A stretch of 64,000 bases of DNA from Thermomicrobiales bacterium (GTDB lineage: Bacteria; Chloroflexota; Chloroflexia; Thermomicrobiales; CFX8). The notes below the pieces were generated by a model. It was not told the DNA's origin. It was given only the letters and a program-made list of their open reading frames with translations, and ran no database searches. The stretch is taken from positions 534,433-598,432 of the forward strand of contig JBAOIG010000002.1 of NCBI GenBank assembly GCA_037045155.1, in the 5' to 3' direction. Each line of letters opens with the position of its first letter. Positions within the stretch are counted from its first letter, which is position 1. The translations under genes were made by a program, and so were the position numbers. Positions 44,233-52,993 of the stretch are shown here, one piece after another.

Positions 44233-45394
44233 GTGGATATTACCTATGTGGTCGTGTTCACGATCGTCGCCGGCTCGCGATTCATCGTGCCGTTGTTCAT
44301 CCCTCGGTTCCCGCTGCCGGCCACGCTTGCCGCCCTGGTGATCGACGCCGTCGACAAGTCGATCTTCCAGATCTTCACCGACGCCGATCTCGAGGGCTAC
44401 CAGTCCTACGACAAGGCGCTCGACGTCTACTACCTGGCGATCGCCTATATCGCCACAATGCGCAACTGGACGAATGTCTACGCATACAAGACCAGCCGAT
44501 TCCTCTGGTACTACCGGCTGGCCGGCTCGACACTCTTCGAGCTGACCGGCTGGCGAGCGCTGCTGCTGATCTTCCCGAATGCGTTCGAGTACTTCTTCCT
44601 GTATGTCGAAGGCGTGCGGACACGATGGAGCATGCGCCGGCTGACGAAGAAGCACATCCTCGGGGCGGCGGCCTTCATCTGGATCGTCATCAAGCTGCCG
44701 CAGGAGGCGTGGATCCACCTGTTCCAGCTGGACGTCACCGACGCATTCAAGGAGCATATCCTGGGGTCGTCGCTCGACGAGAAGCTGGGGCACGGCAATC
44801 GGCAACAGCCTCTGGATCTTCCCGGTGCTGATCGCGCTCGGCGTCGCGTTGTGGTTCGTCATCCGGCGTGTTTCCGCCCAGCTGCCGACCGGAGACTGGC
44901 CGGCCACATATGACTCGGACGCGCATGCGGATAACCAGATTGCGATCCCGCTGAAGCCGGCCGCCGACCGGCACTGGCGCGAGGGGCTGGCCGAGAAGGT
45001 TGTGCTGGTCGGCTTGCTGGGCGTGATCTTCGCGCAGATGCTGCCGAACGTCCACGTCGGCGCGTTGCAGATGCTGATTGGCGTCGGCGCGGTCGTCGTC
45101 GCGAATGCGGCGGTCAGCCACTGGCTGGCCGCACGCGGGACGAACTGGCGCTCTTCGGCGACACAGTTCCTCGCCTTGACGGCGATCAATGTCGGTCTGG
45201 GCGTGCTCTACATGGTGATCACGCCCTCGTTCGGAGCGGATCTCGGGCGCGCCGGTCTGCTGTTCTTCGGCCTGTTGCTGACGACGCTTATCACGCTCTA
45301 CGACCGGTATCGGCCGATCATCGATGCGCGGATGGCGGCTGAAGCAGCGGCTACTGCGTCTCGACCTGCGTCCGGGCCGGCAGCGCGCGCCTGA
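44233..45394 (+). pseudogene. Polytopic membrane protein of unknown function, apparently split by a +1 frameshift in a GGGG run (44786-44789)
   Basis: Frame 1 gives ...AFKEHILGSSLDEKLG then Arg-rich junk. The shifted frame continues TAIGNSLWIFPVLIALGVALWFVI.... Removing one G joins them seamlessly. Confidence 0.55.
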
Positions 45395-46028
45395 CGAGTG
45401 CGACTGGCGACCAGCCGAGCTCGCCAGTCGGTTCGACACCGCGCCAGCGCTGGATGCGCTCGACGAGCTTCGGGATATCCATGCGGAACAGCAGGAAGAC
45501 GCCGATCGTGCTTGCGACCTGCGTCGCGATGATCAGCGAGCCGGCGCCGGAGAGCGAGAACAGGTCGCCAAACGAGGTCACCGTCGTCTCGGCCGCCAAC
45601 AGCGCGCCGAAGTAGATGCCAGCGCGGGCGACACCGTAGACGACCGCGCCCGGCAGGAGCGGGATTCGCGCGATCCCGGCGGCCATGAAGAGCATCGCTT
45701 TGGGGATCGGGCCGAAGGCGAACATCGCCAGGGCCGGCAGATTGAGCTTCGTGTTCTGGCGGATCATCTCAGCGTAGCGTTGGGCGTCGGCGCGCTGCCG
45801 GGCGGGGATAATGCGCTCGCCGAGCCAGCGGCTGGCCAGGGCAAGGATGATGCGGCCGAAGGTCGAGCCGACTGCGCCGACGATGGCGACCGGCAGGATC
45901 GGCAGGTTGTAGTGGACACTGAACCAGGCCAGTACTCCCCAGGTGGGCGGAGCAAGCACCGGGGTCACGTTGCAGAGCGCCGCGAGCGCCGCCACCAGTA
46001 GCCAGATCCAGAGGTCGCCTGGGAGCAT
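45351..46028 (-). CDS. DedA/VTT (SNARE-associated) family membrane protein
   Basis: Five or six hydrophobic segments. ...GAVGSTFGRIILALASRWLG...FGPIPKAMLFMAAGIARIPLL pattern. Confidence 0.65.
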   Translation of the reverse strand: MLPGDLWIWLLVAALAALCNVTPVLAPPTWGVLAWFSVHYNLPILPVAIVGAVGSTFGRIILALASRWLGERIIPARQRADAQRYAEMIRQNTKLNLPALAMFAFGPIPKAMLFMAAGIARIPLLPGAVVYGVARAGIYFGALLAAETTVTSFGDLFSLSGAGSLIIATQVASTIGVFLLFRMDIPKLVERIQRWRGVEPTGELGWSPVALVRRALPARTQVETQ

Positions 46029-46181
46029 CGCGGGGCCGCCTTCCGATTGCCGGCCGTCGCCAGCGCCACACGGGCGTTACCCCCGCGTCTATAACAATGC
46101 GCGCGGCGTCGGATCGTTATGCCTCACGCCGATCGACACTGGCCCGGCTAACGCGTGCGCGACAAGGGCGCAGCGCCATCG

Positions 46182-47558
46182 CTAGGAGTTCGGGATGTGG
46201 AGGATCATCCGGGCGACGGTGAAGTAGATCACCAGTCCGGTGCCGTCCACCAGCGTCGTGATGAATGGCGCTGAGACCACGGCAGGGTCGATCTTCAGCT
46301 GGCGCAGGGTCAGCGGTAGCACCGCCGCGACGAGCGCCGACCAGAGGACGATCAGCACAACGGTGATGCCGACGACCATGCCCATATCGACGCCGACATG
46401 CAGCGTCATCGCGCGGCCGAAGGTCACGACCGACAGCACCGCGGCGAGCATGATCGCGGTCAGAACCTCCTTGCGGACGATGCGGAACAGATCGCGAATC
46501 CGCACCTGGCCAAGGCCCATCGCCCGGACGAGCGTGGTGACCGTTTGCGAGCCGACGTTGCCGCCGGTGCCGATCAGCAGCGGGATGAAGAAGGCGAGCG
46601 CGACGGCGTTGGACAGCTCGTGCTCGAAGTGGCGCAGGACGGTGCCGGTGTAGGCCTCGGCGACGAACAGCGCCAGCAACCACGGAACACGCCGGCGAAA
46701 GAGGAGGAACGGCGTCGCGCGCAGGTACGGCTCTTCCAGTGGCTGCGAGCCGCCGAGCCGCTCGATGTCCTCCGTCGCCTCCTGTTCGAGGATATCGGCG
46801 ACATCGTCGGCGGTGATAATGCCGAGCAGCCGGCCTTCGCTATCAACAACCGGCAGGGCCAGCAGATCGTGCTCGTTGAGTAGTTGCGCGGCCTCCTCCT
46901 GGTCGGCGGTGACAAGGATCGTGTAAACGTCCTCGATCATCAGGTCCCGGACGCGCGAATCCGGCCGGGTCAGGACGAGGTTGCGCAGCGAGAGGACGCC
47001 CAGCAGGCGCTCGTCCTCCTCCTGCACATAGATGTAGTTGATCGTCTCGGCCTCCTCGGCGACACGACGCAGGGCGACGACGGCCTGGTCGGCGCGCAGC
47101 TCGGGGCTGACCGAGACGTAGGCGGGAGTCATCCGGCCGCCGGCGGTGTCGGGCGGGTAGGCCAGCAGCTCGCGCAGCTCCTCGGCCTCCAGTGGCTCCA
47201 TCGCGACCATGATCTGGCTGGCGGTGGCCGGGACGATCTCGCCGACGACATCAGCGGCCTCGTCGGGCTCCATCGCCTCCAGCACGTCAGCGGCGTGGGC
47301 GAGGGGGAGACGCTCCAGCAGGTCAGCCGCGTCGGTCGGGTCGAACTCGCCGAGCAGGTCGCCGACCTCGTCCGCCCCGAGGGCATGGGCGAAGCGCTGG
47401 AGATCGCGGGGGGAGAGCTGGTCGAGGTACTCGACAGGATCGTCGCCGGCCTCGTCGATCTGCCTCAGCGCCTCGGCGATGGCCGTGGCGTCGCCACGGT
47501 CGATGGCGTCGCGCAGTAGCACCCGGCGGTCGTCTTCAGTCAGCACGCGCCCTCCCAT
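46182..47558 (-). CDS. mgtE: Magnesium transporter MgtE (N-domain, tandem CBS, TM domain)
   Basis: ...LLALPVVDSEGRLLGIITADDVADILEQEATEDIERLGG... and C-terminal FIPLLIGTGGNVGSQ...PFITTLVDGTGLVIYF. Confidence 0.92.
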   Translation of the reverse strand: MGGRVLTEDDRRVLLRDAIDRGDATAIAEALRQIDEAGDDPVEYLDQLSPRDLQRFAHALGADEVGDLLGEFDPTDAADLLERLPLAHAADVLEAMEPDEAADVVGEIVPATASQIMVAMEPLEAEELRELLAYPPDTAGGRMTPAYVSVSPELRADQAVVALRRVAEEAETINYIYVQEEDERLLGVLSLRNLVLTRPDSRVRDLMIEDVYTILVTADQEEAAQLLNEHDLLALPVVDSEGRLLGIITADDVADILEQEATEDIERLGGSQPLEEPYLRATPFLLFRRRVPWLLALFVAEAYTGTVLRHFEHELSNAVALAFFIPLLIGTGGNVGSQTVTTLVRAMGLGQVRIRDLFRIVRKEVLTAIMLAAVLSVVTFGRAMTLHVGVDMGMVVGITVVLIVLWSALVAAVLPLTLRQLKIDPAVVSAPFITTLVDGTGLVIYFTVARMILHIPNS

Positions 47559-47642
47559 CTGGCCTCACCCGTCGCGCAGCGTCCCAGTGTACAACCATGG
47601 CACGAAGAGGGCCGCGCGTCAGCGGGGTTGCCGTAGAGAGAC

Positions 47643-47673
47643 GACGCCCCGGCGAGTTACCCGCCGGGGCGTC
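47643..47673 (-). terminator. 12-bp GC stem-loop GACGCCCCGGCG / CGCCGGGGCGTC after adhesin-like gene 1
   Basis: Perfect inverted repeat 30 nt past the stop at 47704, followed on the minus strand by GTCTCTCT. Confidence 0.55.
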
Positions 47674-47703
47674 GCTACGTTGAGTTCGCGTGATGACGCG
47701 GCG

Positions 47704-48705
47704 CTAGTTGGATTCGGTCAGGCCGCCGGCTCTCCAATTATCCTGGCCTGACGCCGTGTGAGTTGATCCGCCGCTGACGCTGGAGTAGTCGCCACTGGCT
47801 TCATTAGTTTCCCCACCGCTGACGCTAGAGGCGTAACCGCTAGCGGTGTTGCTGTACCCGCCGCTGACGCTGGAGTTGCCGCCGTTAGTAGTGTTGGACC
47901 CCCCGCCGCTGATGCTGGAGTAGCCACCACTGGCGGTGTTGCTGTACCCGCCGCTGACGCTGGAGGCCCAACCGCTGGCCGTGTTGTACTGCCCACCGCT
48001 GATGCTGGCGTACCCGTCGTTGGCGGTGTTGCTGGCCCCGCCGCTGACGCTGGAGGCCCAACCGCTGGCCGTGTTGAAGTACCCACCGCTGATGCTGGCG
48101 TACTTGCCGCTAGCAGTGTTACCGGTCCCACCGCTGATGCTGGCGTACTCCTTGCTGATGCTATTGTCGTTCCCAGCGACGAACCCGCCGTAGCTGCTAT
48201 ACGTATGACGTGAGCCGACGACGAGATTGTGTGATCCCGTTCGATTGTCGTCGTTGTCTTCGTTGTAGCCGACGATCAGGTTGCCGGTCGCGTTGGTTGT
48301 CTCGGTGCTGCCCAGACCGTTGACGATCTGGACGTTGCAACCGCTGAAGAGGGCCGTGCCGTCGTTAGCCGTCGACAGACAGGCCGGCACCTGGGCGCGG
48401 AGACTCGTATTTTCGGCTTGTAGCGTGGCCACCTTGCCTTCGAGGGTCGCCAGCCGCGCTTCGATGCCGGAGAGATCAGCGCCGCTCTGCCAGGAGGTGG
48501 CAGTCTCGTTGCGCAGGCAGGGCCGGCCGTTGGAGACGATGCGGACGAAGCCGGACATCTTGCTGACACAGGCGGAGACAGTGGTGGGCGGGCTGCTGGC
48601 CAGAGCGCTGTTGACGCCGATGCCGATAGCGACGCCGAGCGCGAGCGCGACGACAACGCTGGCGACGAGCCGCAGGGACGACGGAACCATCGCGAACTGA
48701 CGCAT
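47704..48705 (-). CDS. N-terminally anchored coiled-coil protein with C-terminal 14-residue YadA-head/Hep_Hag-like repeats (333 aa), paralogue 1
   Basis: ATG 48705 after AGGAGGG. TM LRLVASVVVALALGVAIGIGV. Coiled coil IEARLATLEGKVATLQAENTSLRAQ. About 9 repeats of S(I/V)SGGxxNTASGxxS. The upstream 218 codons of the track ORF were rejected. Confidence 0.75.
   Translation of the reverse strand: MRQFAMVPSSLRLVASVVVALALGVAIGIGVNSALASSPPTTVSACVSKMSGFVRIVSNGRPCLRNETATSWQSGADLSGIEARLATLEGKVATLQAENTSLRAQVPACLSTANDGTALFSGCNVQIVNGLGSTETTNATGNLIVGYNEDNDDNRTGSHNLVVGSRHTYSSYGGFVAGNDNSISKEYASISGGTGNTASGKYASISGGYFNTASGWASSVSGGASNTANDGYASISGGQYNTASGWASSVSGGYSNTASGGYSSISGGGSNTTNGGNSSVSGGYSNTASGYASSVSGGETNEASGDYSSVSGGSTHTASGQDNWRAGGLTESN
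47746..48147 (-). repeat. In-frame 42-nt tandem repeat array (coding the 14-aa repeats of paralogue 1)
   Basis: Recurring CCGCCGCTGACGCTGGAG...GTGTTG units with a 42-nt period, read directly. Confidence 0.8.
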
Positions 48706-48840
48706 GGGGGCAACCCTCCTGCTATTGACGGCCGCCGGTAGGCCCGGTTCAGCCATTATGTTGATGGAGACGGCGGCAGTATGACATGAACGGATTGTCA
48801 TGTCGAGAAGGCCTGAATCAGCGTGGAAAACACAAACCAA

Positions 48841-48867
48841 GACGCCCCGGCAGATCGTCGGGGCGTC
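48841..48867 (-). terminator. Stem-loop GACGCCCCG / CGGGGCGTC after adhesin-like gene 2
   Basis: 9-bp stem 32 nt past the stop at 48899, followed on the minus strand by TTGGTTTGTGTTTT. The stem sequence is related to the terminator at 47643. Confidence 0.55.
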
Positions 48868-48898
48868 ACTGCTTTGACTCTGGCTTGGCAGGGCCGGG

Positions 48899-49831
48899 CT
48901 ATTGTGCCTCGGAGAGGCCTCCGCCGACCCACATATTTTGGCTAGCAGCTGTGCGATTACGCCCGCCGCTGACCGTGGAATAGATGCCGCTGGCAGTGTT
49001 GGTGTCCCCACCGCTGACGCTGGAGCCGATACCGGTAGCCTTGTTGATAGCCCCGCCACTGACGCTGGAGTAATTGCCGGTTGTAGTGTTGTAGTATCCG
49101 CCGCTGACGCTGGATTGGTGGCCGCTGGCGGTGTTGTTGTATCCGCCGCTGACACTGGAGGAGCGGTCACTGGCGGTGTTGTAGTATCCGCCGCTGACGC
49201 TGGATTGGTGGCCGCTGGCGGTGTTGCCCTCCCCGCCGCTGACGCTGGCGTAGTCGCCGCTGATAATGTTGTCGTACCCCGCGACCAACCCGCCGTAGCT
49301 GCTGTACGTATGACTTGAGCCGACGACGACGTTATGCGAGCCGGTTCGGGTGTCGCCATTGTCTTCGTTGTAGCCGACGATCAGGTTGCCCTTCCCGTTG
49401 ACCGTAGCGGTGCTGCCCTGACCATTGATAATCTGGACGTTGCAGCCGCTGAAGAGGGCCGTCCCGTCGTTTGCGGTCGACAGGCAGGCCGGCACCTGGG
49501 CCGTGAGGTCGTCAATTGTGGCTTGCTGGGACGCGATCGTAGCCTGCTGAGTAGTTACGAGACCCTCCAGCGCGGTGAGCCGCGCTTCGACACCCGACAG
49601 ATCGGCGCCGCTCTGCCAGGTCATGAACCGTTCGGTGCGCATGCAGTATCGATCGCTGGAGACGATGCGGACGAAACCGGACATCTTGCTGACACAGGCA
49701 GAGACAGTGGTGGGCGGGCTGCTGGCCAGGACGCTGTTCACACCGATGCCGATGGCGAGGCCGAGGGCCAGTGTCACGATGGCTCCGACGAGGAGTCGCA
49801 GGGACGTGGGGACAACCACGAGCTGACGCAT
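48899..49831 (-). CDS. N-terminally anchored coiled-coil / YadA-head-like repeat protein (310 aa), paralogue 2
   Basis: Same architecture as paralogue 1, and the N-terminal roughly 190 aa are highly similar. About 7 repeats SVSGGYYNTASGHQS. RBS GGGAGGG. Confidence 0.75.
   Translation of the reverse strand: MRQLVVVPTSLRLLVGAIVTLALGLAIGIGVNSVLASSPPTTVSACVSKMSGFVRIVSSDRYCMRTERFMTWQSGADLSGVEARLTALEGLVTTQQATIASQQATIDDLTAQVPACLSTANDGTALFSGCNVQIINGQGSTATVNGKGNLIVGYNEDNGDTRTGSHNVVVGSSHTYSSYGGLVAGYDNIISGDYASVSGGEGNTASGHQSSVSGGYYNTASDRSSSVSGGYNNTASGHQSSVSGGYYNTTTGNYSSVSGGAINKATGIGSSVSGGDTNTASGIYSTVSGGRNRTAASQNMWVGGGLSEAQ
48962..49255 (-). repeat. In-frame 42-nt tandem repeat array of paralogue 2
   Basis: Near-identical 84-nt super-repeat (GTGTTGTAGTATCCGCCGCTGACGCTGGATTGGTGGCCGCTGGCG occurs twice). 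Confidence 0.8.
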
Positions 49832-50123
49832 TGGACAACCCTCCCGCTATTGATGGCTGCGGCCTGAGTTGGCGCAGCCCCTCCTGATGATAAAGATGAG
49901 AATAGCGTAGCAGCCGCTGTCAACATTGCGTACCGGTCGCGTCGGGACTTACGCGGAGCGATCATTTGTCGGAGAAGGGGGCGATGCAGATGCTGGGTCT
50001 CATGCAATGGCCCGTTGCACGTCGGGGATGAAGACATCGTCACGTAGCTCGTGCGTGTTGCGCCATCGCGCGAGCACGGGTATACGATAGCGGGCTATCT
50101 GGCCGGAGGAGGGAGAAACGCGG

Positions 50124-51146
50124 GTGCCGGTATCGAACGTGGAGCGCGGTTTGCATGCCGGGATGGTGGGCGTCGGGAATCCGTATCAGGTGCTGACGCC
50201 CGAGCGGCTGCCGCTGCTGCCAGCGTTGCTGGAGTATCCCGAGGTGGCGGGGCTGGCGGTTGCGCTCGGCCGGCCGGCCGGCGAGGTGCGCGCCGATCTG
50301 GAGGCATTGGCGGCGTCCGGCATCGTCGCGCTGGAGGGCGATCGCGCGAGGCCGCTGGCGCTGATCGTGAATGCGGATGAGATCGCGCGGGTGGACAGCC
50401 TGGCGGCGCGGGCTGGCGCTCAATTGGCGCAGGGAGTCGCCTCGTCCTGGCCACTGATCGAAGCACTCTGGCCCCGGCTGGATATCTCCCGACGATACAC
50501 GCTGGCCGAGGTGTCGTTTCTGCTCGTCGGTGACCGGCTGCTGGACATCGGCCTGCTGGATGCGCTGGCGGACGACGGCCGGCTGATGCCGCCAGCCCCG
50601 CCGCGCGGTGGCCGCGACGATCCGGCGGCCCGCTACTATCTCTACGTCGTCGAAGGAGACGAAACAGCATTGGGCCAGTATGGTCAGCGAGTGACGGCGC
50701 TCCCCTGGCCCGATTGGGCGCACCTGACGTTCGGTCGCTACGGAACCACGGTGGCGCCGAACCGGGAGCGATCGCGTCACGACGAACGGCTCCGGGCCGC
50801 GCTCGACAGAGCGGATCCTCCGTTCGATGCGGCCGCGCTGGCCCGACAGGTCGGGCTGCCGTTTGTCGATGAGCACGACTCGCGGGTCTGGAGCAGGTTT
50901 GCTGGCGCGCTCGCCCGCGATCTGGTCGATGGCTACCGTAGCCTGCTCGGCGAGCTGACCGTGCTATACGATGGCCTTCGCGCGGCTCATGCGGGTGTGA
51001 CGACGTTCGGCGAGTTTTTCTGCTGGTTCGATCACCTGGCCTACGCCTACGCGATCGATGAGCTGGTTGCGTCAGGCCGGATCGTGATGCCCGATGGCGG
51101 GGTCACGGCGGCGATTTGGCACGAGCAGGCCGGCGACGCCGCCTGA
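50124..51146 (+). CDS. Hypothetical protein, possible N-terminal winged-helix
   Basis: 340-aa ORF with non-shadow composition. LAVALGRPAGEVRADLEALAASGIVALEGD looks wHTH-like. Start is uncertain. Confidence 0.45.
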   Translation: MPVSNVERGLHAGMVGVGNPYQVLTPERLPLLPALLEYPEVAGLAVALGRPAGEVRADLEALAASGIVALEGDRARPLALIVNADEIARVDSLAARAGAQLAQGVASSWPLIEALWPRLDISRRYTLAEVSFLLVGDRLLDIGLLDALADDGRLMPPAPPRGGRDDPAARYYLYVVEGDETALGQYGQRVTALPWPDWAHLTFGRYGTTVAPNRERSRHDERLRAALDRADPPFDAAALARQVGLPFVDEHDSRVWSRFAGALARDLVDGYRSLLGELTVLYDGLRAAHAGVTTFGEFFCWFDHLAYAYAIDELVASGRIVMPDGGVTAAIWHEQAGDAA

Positions 51147-51221
51147 ACCGAGCGCTCCCGGCGTGCAATACTCCCGTGCTGATCTGATACGAACGGACGA
51201 CGGTGTCCGACGACCGACGGA

Positions 51222-52949
51222 GTGCGATATTCCATGACCAGGCTCCCCCTGGCCGGCCGGCTCGCAACACTGCTGCTGCTCGTCGTCGTCGGCGCCAGCC
51301 TGCTGCCCTCGCCGGCCAATGCCGCAGAGCCCCAGGATGGCAATCCCTTCATCTATGGCATCGCGGCGCACGCCTGGTGGCTCGACCCGGACGTCTACGG
51401 TAGCCAACTCCTCCCGGCGCTGGACGACCTGAACGTGACGACGGTCCGGCTGTCGATCGACTGGCGGCGCTTCGAGCCGACCCAGGGGACGTTCGACTGG
51501 CGGCTGTACGACGATGTTCTCGGCGAGCTGGCCAGACGCAACATCGTGGTTGTAGCCGATTTCAACACGATCCCCGGCTGGGCGTCGGTCGACAAGCCCG
51601 GCTGCGATAGCGCGCTCACCGAGATCTACCTCTGTGGCCTGCGCGAAGATATGGCGCCGGCCTTTCAGAACGCAGTGCGGGCGGCAGTCTCGCGATATGC
51701 CTGGATCGAGCACTGGGAGTTCTGGAACGAGCCGGAGATGTGGCAACTGCTGGGGCAGGATGCGACGGTCTATCTGCGTAACCTGCGAATGTTCTACGAC
51801 GTAGCCCACGCGGTGAATCCGGAGATCGTCGTTGCCGCCCAGACGCTGGTCGGATCGGAGTACATGGACTGGATCTACAACCTGAGCGAGGCCTGGTATG
51901 GCAACGGGAATGAGCCGTGGGACGCAGTTTCGATCCATCCATACAACTGGCACTTCATCGCCGGCCCGGGCATCGAGCCGGAGGAGATCAGCTACCGGCG
52001 CATCGGTGATCTGCGCAACCTGATGGTCGCCCGCGGCGATGGGGCCAAGCCGATCTGGATCACCGAATACGGATGGGTGACGGATGTCGAGAACCAGGCG
52101 CGTAACCTCCGCGCGGCAGTCGACTGGATGAAGCGCCAGCCATACATCGAGTTCGCCCATCTGCACATGCTTCACGACTGGAACGAGGTTCCTGTCGATC
52201 TGTTCGGGCTAATGGAGATCGTGCCAGATGAGCATGGCGGGCGCTGGCTGGGGCCGCACACGACATTCCGGCCGAAGCCCGTCTACTACGATGCATTCAA
52301 GCACCTGCCGCGGGACGGCCGGCCAGCCACTACGTGGGACGCGACGGCGCAGCTCTTCCCGGAGACCGGGCAGTCGATCGATGGCCGATTCCTGCGCGCC
52401 TGGCAGCAGCGCGGCGGTCTGCGCATTCTGGGCCTGCCACTGACACGCCCCTACCCGCGCCTTCAGCCGGACGGACGATGGCTGCTGGCGCAGGACTTCG
52501 AGCGTGCCCGGCTGGAGTTCCATCCGGAATATCTCGGCCAGTGGGGCGAGGTCCTGGGGACGCTAGCCGGCAGCGCAATGGCCGCCGGCAGGGAGGGGGA
52601 AGCGCCATTCCAGCCGCTTGGCGGCTGCGCGCCCGGCCCAGAGCGCGCCTGCTTCGATGCCACCGGCCACTCGCTCTCCCACGGCTTCAAGGCATTCTGG
52701 GACGCACGCGGGGGGCTGGCGACGTTTGGCTATCCGATTTCCGAGGAGTTCTCGGAACGGAACCCCGACACCGGCGAGGTCTACACCGTCCAGTACTTCG
52801 AGCGTGCCCGTTTCGAATACCACCCGGAGTACGCCGGCACCGAGTACGAGGTTCTGCTCGGCCGACTGATCGCCAACGAGTTGGCTACCGACGGCTGGCT
52901 CTCCCCCGACCCTGCCAGTCGCCTCCCGACGAGCCGATCCTATCGGTAG
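51222..52949 (+). CDS. Secreted clan GH-A glycoside hydrolase (GH5/GH39-like) with two C-terminal LGFP-like modules
   Basis: Signal LATLLLLVVVGASLLPSPANA. TVRLSIDWRRFEP, WEFWNEPE (acid/base) and IWITEYGW (nucleophile). C-terminal GGLATFGYPISEE...VQYFERARFEYHP appears twice. Confidence 0.75.
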   Translation: MRYSMTRLPLAGRLATLLLLVVVGASLLPSPANAAEPQDGNPFIYGIAAHAWWLDPDVYGSQLLPALDDLNVTTVRLSIDWRRFEPTQGTFDWRLYDDVLGELARRNIVVVADFNTIPGWASVDKPGCDSALTEIYLCGLREDMAPAFQNAVRAAVSRYAWIEHWEFWNEPEMWQLLGQDATVYLRNLRMFYDVAHAVNPEIVVAAQTLVGSEYMDWIYNLSEAWYGNGNEPWDAVSIHPYNWHFIAGPGIEPEEISYRRIGDLRNLMVARGDGAKPIWITEYGWVTDVENQARNLRAAVDWMKRQPYIEFAHLHMLHDWNEVPVDLFGLMEIVPDEHGGRWLGPHTTFRPKPVYYDAFKHLPRDGRPATTWDATAQLFPETGQSIDGRFLRAWQQRGGLRILGLPLTRPYPRLQPDGRWLLAQDFERARLEFHPEYLGQWGEVLGTLAGSAMAAGREGEAPFQPLGGCAPGPERACFDATGHSLSHGFKAFWDARGGLATFGYPISEEFSERNPDTGEVYTVQYFERARFEYHPEYAGTEYEVLLGRLIANELATDGWLSPDPASRLPTSRSYR

Positions 52950-52993
52950 CGGGGCGTGATCGGCGGACGCATAGGGACAGGATCCGGCCCCTG

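Noticed and set aside
47559-47703. Possible M-box (Mg) riboswitch upstream of mgtE
   Set aside because: The gap is only 145 nt and about half of it is the terminator hairpin of the upstream gene. I could not recognise M-box core motifs.
47746-49255. Periodic repeats considered as a CRISPR array
   Set aside because: The period is 42 nt with no unique spacers. The repeats are in frame, translate to a coherent 14-aa protein repeat, and lie within ORFs that have an RBS, a signal anchor and terminators.
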